From contig NC_072740.1 in assembly GCF_026930045.1 (NCBI RefSeq), positions 29,620,384 through 29,684,383 on the forward strand: a DNA stretch of 64,000 bases, read 5' to 3'. Position 1 is the stretch's first letter. Each line of letters starts with the position of its first letter. Below the pieces are notes generated by a model. That model did no database searches, was not told where the DNA came from, and worked only from the letters and a program-made list of their open reading frames with translations. Below, one piece after another: positions 1 to 11,523 of the stretch. The translations under genes were made by a program, and so were the position numbers. This DNA comes from Uloborus diversus (lineage: Eukaryota).

Positions 1-423
1 CTTAATATAAAAACCTGCATAACAAGTATGAGCTAGACAGAGTAAGGATTATCCCAGTCTGCAAATTAGGAATGTAAAATTGGTCTAGCTTAAAAAAAAA
101 TCGTCCTTCATACAAAAAAAAAAGATATGTTTCTTCATGCGTTGAATTAATTCCAAGTTCTTGAACAATTTTATCAAAATAGTTCTATCTTTTTCCCCAA
201 TTGAGTTTTTTTTTTAATTCCATTTTATCAATAGAATCCTATTCATAAATAATATATTTCACAATTTATCAATATTACTTTCATCAGATTTATAGAAGGG
301 CATTATGATCTATTTCGTTAGTTATTGTCAATTGGTTTAACTTCAAAAATGTTATTTAATTCAAAAAATTTCTTGCATTATATGCTGTGCATTTATTGTA
401 CTATTTTAATGCACTGATTTAGT

Positions 424-442
424 CAAAAAAAAAAAAAAAAAA
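424..442. repeat. poly(A)19 followed by (GAAA)n
   Basis: Direct reading. Confidence 0.9.
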
Positions 443-689
443 AAGGAAAGAAAGAAAGAAAACGTCTATTTGAGCTAAAGGTGATCTTATCTCTGACTCT
501 TTAAATGTCTTTGTCACATAATGTACATTAATGATATGTGTACTGTATTAAAGTTAGCAAGCTGTCATCTAATTTTTGTTCTGATTACAAAAATTAAGTG
601 ATGAAATCAATTTTTTCCCTTTTTAAAACACTGGCTTTTTATTTTATAATGAAGCAAGATTTTTGATTTTATTTTGCTTTTCTTTTTAG

Positions 690-809
690 TCTTTTCATGG
701 AAATAATGGTTCTGTCAAGACAATTGCTTATACCCCTGATGGTCACAATATAATTACATCATTTATTCATTCTGACATTATAATTTGGTCATCTGAATTA
801 GGTCTGAAG
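690..809 (+). CDS. WD40-repeat protein gene, internal exon (…SFHGNNGSVKTIAYTPDGHNIITSFIHSDIIIWSSELGLK); gene continues upstream of window
   Basis: Acceptor ttttag|T at 689/690 and donor AAG|gtatgc at 809/810. The open frame shows a WD-repeat pattern (GH..V..IA.SPDG..I.T.S.D..I.IW). Phase 0 links to the next exon. Confidence 0.6.
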
Positions 810-890
810 GTATGCTATAAACTTTTATCTTTGAAGTTCTCTAAATAAGGTATAATTATATATATTTATAGTTTTCATACTTTTTTTTAG

Positions 891-983
891 ATTTCAAGTT
901 TAAAAGGTCATGTTCTACCTGTGAAATCCCTTAGTATTTCTGCTGAAATGTTCATCAGTGGTAGTGATGATGGTACTTTAAAA
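891..983 (+). CDS. WD40-repeat gene exon (ISSLKGHVLPVKSLSISAEMFISGSDDGTLK)
   Basis: Acceptor ttttttttag|ATT and donor AAA|gttagt. The sequence ends GTLK and joins VW of the next exon to give the canonical WD ending GTLKVW. Confidence 0.65.
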
Positions 984-1273
984 GTTAGTTCCTTTAGTTT
1001 AATTTACATATGTTTATAAAGAAAATGCAAAAGTTGTAACTGTTTGTTTTTCGAAATACAGTTGGACCTCCATATATCAAAGTAGCAAATTGCCGGAAAA
1101 AAATTCGATATATGAAAATTTTGATATATAGAAACGATCTTATTTCATCATAAAAATCTCCTAAAACGTTGAAATTAAAGCTAATTTTCGTGCATGAAAT
1201 CCAATATGTCTATTGTATAGAAACATTGTATAGAAACAATTTTTCTATGTAATGAACATAGAAATTCGCTGTG

Positions 1274-2177
1274 ATTTCGATATACGAGGTTTGTCCACGA
1301 AAATATGTATAAAAGTTGAATAATAACTTTATTTTACAATTATTCAGGTATTAAAATATGGTTTCCATCAAAGTACTCTCCCTGAGACATGATGCACTTC
1401 TACCAACGCTGTTTCCACTGTTGATAACAGTTCTGAAAGTCTTCGGTTGTGATGCTGTTCAGTTGTCATGTTGTTTCTGCTTTGATGGCTTCCATATCTC
1501 CCAAGTGCCGCCCCCAAGGCACCATCTTGCATTTCATGAACAGAAAGAAGTCACAAGGAGCTAAATCGGGATATTAAGGCGGGTGGTCTGTCACGGTGAT
1601 TGAGCTTCGGGACAAAACCTCACATACAACGAGCAGTGTGTGAGTGTGCACATTTCTTCATTTCAAGTTTTGGTGTCAGAATTTCATGAGCGATTGTTTT
1701 GGGGATTGACAGCTAATAAGCTAGCATTGTGACTGTCAGTGTACGGTCTTTAAAAACACAAGCCTGAATTCGTTCAACATTTTTATCAGAACTCGATGTC
1801 GAGGGGTAACCTGGGCTAGGGTCTCCTTTTCTGTCTTCTTGACCTTCTTAGAACCTATTTAACCACTTGTTCACGGTTGGTTCCTTCAGAGAATTGTCTC
1901 CGTAAACTTCTTTCAAACACTCAAAAATCTCATGGCCATTCTTGCCTAGCTTTGCAGGTGCTGCTCCTCAATCAGAGAGCTCCATGCCGACGACAGATGA
2001 AAAAAGGTAAATTTCAACAAGCCACACATTCCTACGCGCTCTGACTCAAACTGAGTGTTGAGGGGATTCGCTACAGCGGCAGTACCACCTGGCGAAGCCT
2101 CCATGACTTCATGACACGTTACCCCGACTTATTTATACATATTTTCCGGACAAACCTCTTATAGAAAGTTTCGATAT
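1274..2177 (-). mobile_element. internally deleted mariner-like element (Tc1/mariner superfamily) with ~30-bp TIRs; transposase pseudogene lacking the catalytic core
   Basis: TIRs: 1285-1313 cgaggtttgtccacgaaaatatgtataaa and its reverse complement at 2133-2159; they extend through the 'tttcgatat' motifs. Minus-strand translation gives the mariner N-terminus (…VYGDNSLKEPTVNKWLNRF.EGQEDRKGDPSPGYPSTSSSDKNVERI…TIAHEILTPKLEMKK…). It joins directly to the C-terminus (…DHPPYSPDLAPCDFFLF…NCYQQWKQRW.KCIMSQGEYFDGN) with frameshifts and stops. The ~190-aa DD34D core is absent. Confidence 0.8.
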
Positions 2178-2459
2178 GTTTGTACTACAAGAAAATTGCG
2201 ATATTTAAACTTTTTAACTGTTGACATCTTGTGTTTATTAACAAATAAATGTTTGTAATTATTTTAAGCAAGGCTTTTAAAATAATTATCTATTTTCATT
2301 CTTTGCTTTTCTATGAGATAAATCAAGAATTGGGATGGTCGTTAAGTTTTGGCGTGTGTAATTTTGTTTTTGCTGGAAATATTGCTACCTCGTCAAACAT
2401 GGGGAGGGATCATAATTTAATATTGTGTTTTAGTTCGTTTTTTTAGGATAAGTAGTCAT

Positions 2460-3330
2460 GTCACACGAAAAACTCTCACCTCCGTTATCTAAACACGAAA
2501 TGCCATTTTTCATTAACATGTATCAGTAATGACATCAAATTTTATTTTCTGTGATACAAGGCAGCCCCCTTGTTTATTTTCATAGTTGAAGTAGTGATAT
2601 TTTGTCGAAAACAAGAAGATAGAGAGATTTTGCTTTAAAAACTTAGTGTGGTTATTCTGACTTCTCACCTCTGTGAACTTGAATTTCAGGGATGTAAATT
2701 AATGTAGAAAAAAGAAGTGAACATGTTTTCATATGCATAACATGTGCAGATTGTAGCAACGAGGAAAAGAAAGTTTTCCTTGAAAAATGTATCTATTAGG
2801 CCTATATTAAGGGAAAGATCCTCACTTCCATGAATCTCACTTCCGTGACAGGCCTTATCAATGTCATTATTTCTGAGGTGAAAATAACTGATGGAGGAGA
2901 AGTACATCAATAATAGGCATTCTACCAAAATTATAAATGACCAATATATCCTCAAATTTACTAAATACTATTTTTTAACATACATTTAAAACTACCAATG
3001 AAGCCTTAAGTGCTTAATATTATGTTCCCACTAATCATTAAAATAGCTGATTATTTGCACAATTAACAAAAATACTACTTTGATATTAAATTAGCCTTGA
3101 TTTTTTAAATATTAGAAGTTTTTTTTGTGAACAAGGCATTTTTTATTTTGTTTATTTATGAGTAAAATAATTGGAACTTAGCTGGGCCATAGTTTATGGT
3201 TACTTCTAGTAGGTACCACTTTCTTGTAAGAATGAAAAAAAAGAAAACAAAATGTTTCAAAATAGAAAAATATTTGCATTCAAAAGTTACGTTTTCTGGA
3301 GAATGACGCACATAAAAGTTCGAAGAATAA
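2460..3330. repeat. dispersed repeat copy A (~870 bp); copy B is split at 42355-42840 + 44540-44925
   Basis: Long colinear similarity, e.g. 'ctcacctccgtta.ct.aaca..aaa…catttttcattaacatgtatcagtaatgacatca' and 'ctcacctctgtgaacttgaatttcagggatgtaaattaatgtag'. Confidence 0.8.
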
Positions 3331-3690
3331 TAATTGAAAATAGAAGAAGTCAAGTTTTATTAAACAGTTTTATTTCTAGTTTTTATAGTTTTTCTTTTGC
3401 ATATTTTCTTATGTTTAATACTATGCTTTGTATTCATTAAAATGTTTTTGCTTTCATGCAAAATGCAATAGTATTTTGCATATTCAGCATTGTATTTGAT
3501 TTTAAGTTAGATACGTTACATTTTTTTACACTTCTTCATTGCTGCAGGAAGAATAAATGAAACCTTTTACACATACTAAATCTTTATACAATTACTATGT
3601 ATATTATACATTCTTTGAGCACAAAACATAAAATATAAGAACTTTTTCTAATAATCATGTGTTTGCTAAAGTGTCTATGTTTCTGTGTAG

Positions 3691-3835
3691 GTCTGGTCAT
3701 CTGAGCCTGGTATATGTTCAACAAATTCAGAGGAATGTAAATCTTGTCCTATAAAATTTCTTGAATTTGTATCCATTAATCATCTTGCTGTTGTGTTTCA
3801 AAATTCTTCGTTATGGATTATCGACGTGAATAATG
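3691..3835 (+). CDS. WD40-repeat gene exon (VWSSEPGICSTNSEECKSCPIKFLEFVSINHLAVVFQNSSLWIIDVNN-)
   Basis: Acceptor tgtgtag|GTC and donor AATG|gtaatt. It ends in phase 1, which the next exon completes. Confidence 0.6.
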
Positions 3836-3999
3836 GTAATTTCTCGAATATTAATATTTCATTGTTTATGCTTTTACTATTTTATTATGTCTTTATCATT
3901 ACATTCATGTATAATGAAACATTTGGAATAGTTCACTGCAAGCAGCTGTTACTTACAATGAGGTGAATAATTATAAGGGGGTTCTTATACTTCAATGGG

Positions 4000-4078
4000 A
4001 TTGATAATTGAGTACAAGCTGCCTAGCTGGGCCAGGAGCCTGTTGTTGATCTTTGCTTTTGTATTTGTGTTTTTATTC
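4000..4078 (+). mobile_element. very short 3'-tail fragment of the CR1-like LINE
   Basis: …gctgcctagctgggccaggagcctgttgttgatctttgcttttgtatttgtg matches the 49600-49670 tail. Confidence 0.6.
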
Positions 4079-4852
4079 TGTTAGTCCTGATTTTAAATAT
4101 AATTTTTTAACAGTCTTAATTTAAGCATTTTCACCTTAACTTTCTTTTTAAATCAGTACTTTGATTGCTTTAAAATTTAAATAAGTTGCATACAAAATAA
4201 GTATACATAAAATTTTGCTGCTATTTTCATCTGTTATTTTGAAAAAAAGAAGAGGGAAATAGTGTGTGGGAAAATTTTCAAATGAATAACTTCATGTGTT
4301 TCTTAAACATCAAAAAGATCAGCAATATACCTCCAACTTTACAGCATATTTTTATCTGTTTTTCTTTCTTTGGAACATGTAATGAATGCATATTTTTTAA
4401 GGATGTCCAGTTTTAGAGTTACAATGAGAATCTTACTCTATTATGTTTGAATGTTTTAAGTATTTTATTATGCTATCACATTTGATAAAAGGTGCTTAAG
4501 TTACTTGCTAAGAAAGTAACAAAGTTAAAACTATTTTACATTAATACCAAGGTTTAGTTTTTTTTTTTTTTTTTTAGTGTATGGAAGGAATGATGATTTT
4601 ACTAACAATGTTAGCACATGCATTAATATTTGCTTTTAGAGGCAGAACAGAATTCCATTTGTTTGTTTCTTTGCTGACTCCGTCTTGCACTATGTCAGGT
4701 CTCTAAGTTTTAAACTTGTATTTATTCCAAAGTAATTGACTTTTTGTTTAACAAAGCCATCAAATAACATTCCAACAGTGCATTGTATCATGGTATAATT
4801 ATTTGTTGCTAATTATGCCTCAAAATTAATTCATCAAATTTTATGGAAACAG

Positions 4853-4995
4853 GTCATGTCATCTGTAAGGAGAACATTCCGTCTGAACAAATTTCTTGTG
4901 TTGCCAAAAATAGTAGCTATGCCACTGATAGAGTACTGTATTCTGATTGGTTTTACACATCTGTTATTGTTGGGATGGAATCTGGAAATATAATA
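4853..4995 (+). CDS. WD40-repeat gene exon (GHVICKENIPSEQISCVAKNSSYATDRVLYSDWFYTSVIVGMESGNII)
   Basis: Acceptor ggaaacag|GT and donor ATA|gtaagc. Phase 1 in, phase 0 out. No stop codons. Confidence 0.6.
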
Positions 4996-6239
4996 GTAAG
5001 CTGATGGTTTTTATTTTGAATTAAATTATTTGTTTTGTGTATTTTATTTTGTTTTAGGTAATTTTACTTAATCCTTTATTTTATTTCAATCCTATACTTA
5101 TTCTCCTATTCTTAAACATCTTATCTTTGTGCTTTTAAAATTGTCTGTATGAATTAAAGGGTGTTTTACGGAAGGAAGAACTAAAAGTGCAGAAATATGC
5201 TGGGGCACAGACCTATTCTTTAGTAACTGAAAACCTTGTTAGAAGCATTTTTTGAAAGACGGGAATGTGTTAATTTGCAATTACAAAACTTTCCAACCAG
5301 CAACAAATTTTTGCTACAACACATGGCTCAGACCAACTTATTCTGTAGTTCTCAAGAACAGCTCTCATAATTCACTTGCTAGTTTTGAGCAAAAATTATA
5401 AGCAGAATTCTGCTCACACATAATAGTGTTCATAACTACAGTTTTAGTAATGGAGATAGGATCAGATTTACAGGTGAAATGAAATTATATTAATATTTTG
5501 TTGCATTTTTCCAAGATAAATTTTGCATACTTTGTGTAAGAAGTGATTATAAGTTTTTGTGCCAAGACTGCACCTTCTTGAATTGATATGCTAGTCAGGA
5601 AAAATTGCCTTAGGCATTTAGGACATCATGGAATTCATCAGATTATTCATTTATTTAGCTTCAACGCATTAAATATCCCCATAACTCCTCTTTCTGCTGC
5701 TTGAAAAGGTTCAATTTTCTTCTTGCAGCATCTAACAGGAAACCTTCATCCATTCAAAAACTTATGAATGATTTGAAAACTGCATGGGAGCAGATCAGAA
5801 CCATAAAATGGGTTCACACTCCATCTTAATTGCATCTCTAATTGCCTATGTTTTGTTATATGTATTGGATGTAGCTGGTTTCCCAGATCCATTTTAAATT
5901 GAACCATGACCAGCACTGAACGTTGAGCACCATTCCACTACATGGAGTTTGGGCATACATACGTCTCTTGCATTTTTCATTTTCAGATCTAGTGGTTTTG
6001 TTCTTCAGCAGCTAGCCAAAATAAGTAAATAAATAAATAAAATAAGTATGATGATCCTTTTTGGGTACCTTTAGTAGGAAAGTTCACATAGGTAACGTTT
6101 CAGCGTTTTCAGCACACACTTTGGAAATAAGTAAATGCCATAATATTCTGATGCCTCATTTTCACTGCTTATATAGGTGCATTGAAGAATCATTGATGTG
6201 CACATTTGCTGCTACCACATTCCAAAAGGGAAAGCTTTT

Positions 6240-6432
6240 TAAAATCAAATACAAAGACCAGCAATAGGCTATGGGCCCAGCTAGACTGGTCCTAGTCAAT
6301 TTATTGGACCCCAACAAAGATCAATAGCCCTCTTAAAGCTATCCACACCCTTTCTCATTACTGCCTCTTCCAATAAGCAGTTCCAAGTGCCCACGAGCCT
6401 ACTAAAGTAGTAATTTTTCCTAATTTCCAGTT
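6240..6432 (-). mobile_element. short 3'-terminal fragment of the CR1-like LINE
   Basis: The reverse complement of the LINE tail and last codons runs from caataggctatgggcccagctagactggtcctagtcaatttattgg… through to …taatttttcctaatttccag. Confidence 0.7.
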
Positions 6433-7059
6433 ATATTCAAGTAAATATATTTTCAAAACTCATTTTTTCCGGCATGTTTATCCTGAAAAGAAACAGGCTT
6501 GTGTTATTGAAACCGGGTGACCCTATGAATTTTGCGGGGGGTATATTGTTTACAGTATATTGTTTTCAGTTTCAGTGTCCAATTGTGTTTTATAAGTTGT
6601 CAAAGGTATTTGAACATTTAATTTGTGTGAAGTGATAGATAGAAAGTTCTTTGAAAGATTTGTTGTGTCACTATCATTCAGAGCTGTTGTTGAAAAAGAA
6701 ATATTTATTGGGTTAATGCCATGGTTGGTGGATTTTTGTTAGTCAAAACAGGTCGTTTTTGATTGCATAGTCAGCTATAATTTAAAAAATGCGAATTTAC
6801 TTGTTTATTTATTTTTGAAAAAAGGATTCAAACCAATTTTCCTTTAATTTGCCTTATAAGAATAACTAACCAAATATTTTGGGCAACTGTGTTCCCCCAC
6901 ATTTCACCTTCCTCTACAACTACAGCACTGTTCTCAGTCTTAGTTTTTAAATCTGTAATAGGGTTGGGCGATATCAAAATTTAAATGCTGCGATATATCA
7001 CTTTCAAAATATCAATATTTTCAATATTTCGATATATTTAGGTCGATAAATTCAACGTT

Positions 7060-9460
7060 TTATGGGGGAGGGGGAGACTGCAAAGCCTATTATATAAGTA
7101 TCTGCAACAGAGAAAAGCTATAAGCCATCTTGGTGAATAAATATTTTAGCAATTTATTCTAATAATATAGCTACAGCAAGGATTCTCATGTGTTTGTGTC
7201 AGAGGGGGGGGGGGATTCTGAGGCAGATTATACCACAGAGAAACGTTTGGAGAAATTACTTGAAATTACTTTAGAAGAATTTCAGTCTTTTTATTAGTGG
7301 GTTGCAATTCTTGAGGGAAAAGGGGACTTGGTAAAATTGAGGGGTGCCTTCGCAGTCGGGGGAATGGGCACCCCTAGTTAAATCATCAGCATATTAAGAT
7401 ATACTACAGAAAAACACCATTGGATTTTTATCTTGAAAAGAAAATATTCCATCGGTTTATTTGAATAATAATAGCTAAAGCAGGTGTGCTCATTGGGGGG
7501 GGGGGGGCTGGATGCTTAGTATACAATTAAAATTATCAGAGAAGTTATTTTAAAAGGAGTTTAGTCTCTTCAATAAAAGGTCGCATTTTGGGGGAAGCAC
7601 GATAAATTTGAGGGGGGAGGGAGATTTATGTGAATAATAATAGCAATATATAAGAATAATAACAGCCCATGCAGGGGGAAGGGAAGTCATGACTCAGATA
7701 GTGTCATTAAATTTTTTACAGAAGGATTTTAATCCAATAAAAAGATGATGGCGTTTTTCTTTTGTTTGGGGGGGGGGGGGGGGTGATAAAATTGAGAGGA
7801 GCCACTGCACTTGGGGAGGGAAATTGGCACCCCAGCTACATTACATACATTATAAGATCTGCAATACAGAAAAGTCATCCAATATCTTGATAAGCAAATG
7901 TTCCAGCAATTTAGACAAATAATAATAATGCCTAGAGCAGGGTACCCATTCAGTGGGGGGGGGGGGGTCTTGAAGTTGACTATGCCATTGAAAATATCAG
8001 GGAGCTTATTTTAAAAGTATTTTAGTCTCCTAAGTAGGGACTCTTGTTTTTTGGGGGGGGGTCTGGGGAGCTTGGTAAAATTAAAAATAAGGGGTCCATC
8101 GCACTTAATGGGGATTGGTAGCCCTAGCATTTTGATCTATATATTAAGATCTGCAATAAAGAGATACCTACGAAAATGTTGAAATGTAAATATTTCAGCC
8201 AAGGGCGCCCATATGCAAAATTTTAAGGGGGTGGCTCAAAAATTTTCCCCATGGTTTAGCAGAATATTTTACCCATGGAAACCGATTTCAGTACAGATTA
8301 GAGATATTAAAGTTTGACATTTTCAATAACTTATTCATTAATGGCTGGAAAAGAAATTTTTATACATTTTTGCAAAGAAAAAAGCACTAAAAGCAAGGAA
8401 GTTCTCATTTCTAGGGGGGAGGGGCTTGAGACACCCTTGCTCCCCTATATGGGCACCCTTGATTCCAGCAATTTATTCTAATGATAAAGCTGGGGTGCCC
8501 ATTTGAATGGGAGGGGGGGGGGCATGAGGCTGACAATACCACTGAAACTATCAGAGGAGTTATTTTTAAAGGATTTTTGACTCTGCACTAGAATAGCCCG
8601 TTTTTTTCGGGGGAGGGGATAACGCTCAGTACAATTGAGGGGTGTCGTCGCAATTGGGGGGATGTGCTTCCCTAACCATATTATTTGTATATTGAGATCT
8701 GCAATAGAGAGAAGCCATCGGACATTTTGAAAGCTAAATACCAAAGTAGTTTTAATAATTGCTAAAGCAGAGATATGCCCATGGGGGGGGGGAGGGGGGC
8801 ATGAGGCAGACTCTGTTCCTGAAAGAATCAGAGAGGTCATTTCAAAAGAATTTAGCCTTTTTTTGAGGATCCCGTTTTTTTTGGGGGGGGGGGTTAGGTA
8901 AAAAAGGAGGGGGGGGGGTGGTACAATGCACTTGGGGAGAATTGGCACTCCTAGCTACATGATCTGCAGTAGAGCAAAGTCACCATAAATCTTGATCCGT
9001 AAATATTTCAGTAATTTATTCAAATAATAATAGCTGAAGTATATAGAAGTGCACTTCCTTGGGGAAGGGGGGGGGGGGAGGGCATGAGACAGACTTTACT
9101 ACTGAAATAATTAATGAAGGTTTTTTAAACAGATTTCAGTCTCTTTAATGAGATGTCATGTTTATTTTTTTTTGGGGGGGGGCGCTTTGTTTTAATTGAA
9201 GAGGTCATCTTTGGGAGGGGGGACTTGGACATATATCTATGCATATCAAGATCAAACAACGTCCCTCCCCCCACTCATGTGGTGAGGGGGGTCACAAGCA
9301 CAGACAAAATTGTTGAAATTTTACAAAGGGTACTTGAAAACTTTCAAGTCTTTGCGAAACAGTTCTCATTATTGGGGAATAACATTTTTGGGGGGATTAG
9401 GAAGATGCCATGTAAACTTTCAAGGGGAGGGGGGTAACATCCATACTTAAATCATCTGCC
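7060..9460. repeat. intronic satellite-like tandem array, ~8 units of ~285 bp, each with G-homopolymer tracts
   Basis: Anchors 'gcaatttattc.aataata.agc…gggggggg…gaggcagat…ttgaggggtg.c.tcgca.t.ggg' recur at ~7151, 7445, 7900, 8465, 8745 and 9005. Confidence 0.8.
8209..8465. mobile_element. ~255-bp MITE (hAT-like) inserted in one satellite unit; TIR CAAGGG(C/T)GCCCATAT; 8-bp TSD atttcagc/attccagc
   Basis: The left end 'caagggcgcccatatg' pairs with the right end 'catatgggcacccttg'. The flanks are ATTTCAGC and ATTCCAGC. A second family copy is at 62590-62890. The other satellite units lack the insert. Confidence 0.75.
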
Positions 9461-10661
9461 AATCAAAATTTTCTTCCTTTACTTAATTTGCAAAAACCAT
9501 ACAAGTTCAGAAATGCAAGTTTATTCTCGGTTTTCTACGGCAATCGATGTTTTACAGAGAACCGGAAATCCTAATATATGCTACCCCAATTCCGCAACCA
9601 ATGTTTGATAAGTCGAAAAACCCCAAGTACGTAAATGCATAGAACTTTCACAAAGAAACTTATGTACCTGCAAGCTAGAATTTGCATTCGTATAATCATT
9701 TCAACTCCAATTTTGTTTATGCATAGAACTTACACAAAAAACACTATATCTGCACATGCATAGAAACTGTCTGGCGACAACAGGGATATCGGGAGTTTCA
9801 GTTTCAATTTCGTACCGTGAGGGGTGCCGGAGATTAACGATTTAAAATTGGTATACATACTTGAATTACGTTTCAAGTGGTGCCGTGTGTTATGAATGAA
9901 GTCAATATTTTCCCCTCTTAATTTGGGACTTATAAGTTGTATTCGTTCAGCTTATGCGGTCCGAAAGGGATGAGTTGCACTCCCACTAGTGAGATAAATA
10001 TACGACAGAAGTATTCTCATTAGGTTTTTTTCATTTTCCATTTTTTTTAATACAAATATTTCTTTTCAGTATTTTTCACAAACTTTTATTCAGCGTAATA
10101 TCATTTTTCTTATGTTTAATTAAAATTATGAATCGTGTTGATACCTCAATTGGTTAATTTTTAATTGCTGCATTAAGATGCTTTTTTAATCAAATACGCA
10201 TTCACTTTTCAGGGCTCAGGAGAGGCCATATGAGCCTTGTCAGAAACTAGGGGCACAGTCCTTAGAAATGCCCCACTTTTGAAAACTTTATAGGGGGATG
10301 GGATCTGGAGACCAAACTGACAATGGGCCCACCTTGACCTTCGGCGGCCCTGTAATTTTCCCTTTTACTGTAATTAAATATTAAATTACTGATTGAAGAA
10401 TGCAGATAATTTCTTGAAATTTCAAACACTCAACCATCACACAGAACTATCAAAGATTATGTATTTTTGAGTTAGTATTTCAATTTGTCCGTAATTATGT
10501 CCCGTATTTCCGTCGATATGTCGGACGGATAGAAATCTAAATATTATTACCGCGGCAATAGATATATATTGATATATGACGATATATCGGCATATTGCAC
10601 AGTCCTAATCTGTAATATTGATGTTTATGACTGTTTCATTGATAAAATATACATGTTATAG

Positions 10662-10801
10662 GTCTGGAACTTTTTCTCATCAACAACTACACTTGTTGGA
10701 AATATTGGTTCAAGAGTAACTGCTATCATTCAAAACAGAAGTATTATTTTTTGTGGTGCTGCAAATGGTGACATTGGGATGTTTACTTACCCTGAATTAA
10801 T
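10662..10801 (+). CDS. WD40-repeat gene exon (VWNFFSSTTTLVGNIGSRVTAIIQNRSIIFCGAANGDIGMFTYPEL-)
   Basis: Acceptor ttatag|GTC and donor AAT|gtgaga. It ends in phase 2. Confidence 0.55.
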
Positions 10802-10882
10802 GTGAGAAAAATATCTTTTCTAGTTTTATTAACTTTTGTGAACATAATGTAGCATTAAATTTTTTCTTGTTTTATTCATTAG

Positions 10883-10985
10883 GCATACAAAAATAATAAA
10901 TAGAGCCCATAATGCATCCATTACAACTTTATTTTGTAAGGATAAGTCTGAAGATGTGATTCTTGTGTCAACATCTACTGACAAA
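10883..10985 (+). CDS. WD40-repeat gene exon (MHTKIINRAHNASITTLFCKDKSEDVILVSTSTDK)
   Basis: Acceptor cattag|GC and donor AAA|gtaagt. It completes the phase-2 codon (at+g=ATG) from the previous exon. The STDK motif is WD-like. Confidence 0.6.
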
Positions 10986-11057
10986 GTAAGTTACGTGAAA
11001 ATTATTTGAAAACTAAATAAGTTGTGGAAATCCGTCTTTGACATGATTATGTTTTAG

Positions 11058-11177
11058 GGAGTGAATGTATGGTTACTCAAAGAAATATTTGATAATATGG
11101 ATGTAGATTTACTTGCTCAATATTCTACCAAGCATAAAGATTATGTAACAGCTGGATGTTTTATGGAACTATTGACA
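11058..11177 (+). CDS. WD40-repeat gene exon (GVNVWLLKEIFDNMDVDLLAQYSTKHKDYVTAGCFMELLT)
   Basis: Acceptor gttttag|GGA and donor ACA|gtaagt. Phase 0 in and out. Confidence 0.6.
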
Positions 11178-11391
11178 GTAAGTATGTTTTATATTGCCTT
11201 CTCTTTTTGCTTTTAAAAAATTGTTAAATGAATTTGCTTTCTGATTTTTCTAAAGATATAACTGTCAACTGAAGTATTTCAGAGCCTTATAAACATTTTG
11301 GTAATAAATGCTGATTTTTTTTACATTTAATGTCGCTTTAAAAAATATTATGTTAAATTAATTTAATGTTTTGTTTTTGTATGCATTATAG

Positions 11392-11523
11392 GATGAAACT
11401 ACTGATGTGGAAGGTGAAAGTTTTCTTACGGGATCTTGTGATAATAACATTATCTATACCAAAGGAGATTATAATATTGTCTTTAAGGGTCTGCAAACCA
11501 GTGTGAACCATGTAGGATATGCA
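11392..11523 (+). CDS. WD40-repeat gene exon (DETTDVEGESFLTGSCDNNIIYTKGDYNIVFKGLQTSVNHVGYA)
   Basis: Acceptor cattatag|GAT and donor GCA|gtaagt. Phase 0. Confidence 0.6.

Noticed and set aside
8478-8948. 156-aa minus-strand ORF rich in Pro/Gly
   Set aside because: It is produced by translating the G/C homopolymers of the satellite units (PPPP runs). It has no domain-like sequence and lies inside the tandem array.
7060-9460. Possible CRISPR array (regularly spaced repeats)
   Set aside because: The sequence is eukaryotic with spliceosomal introns. The units are ~285 bp and degenerate, not short exact repeats with unique spacers. There are no cas genes.
10200-10340. Possible tRNA-derived SINE (ttcagggctcaggagaggccatatgagcc…)
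   Set aside because: No convincing A/B boxes or tRNA cloverleaf are recognizable, and only a single copy is visible in the window.
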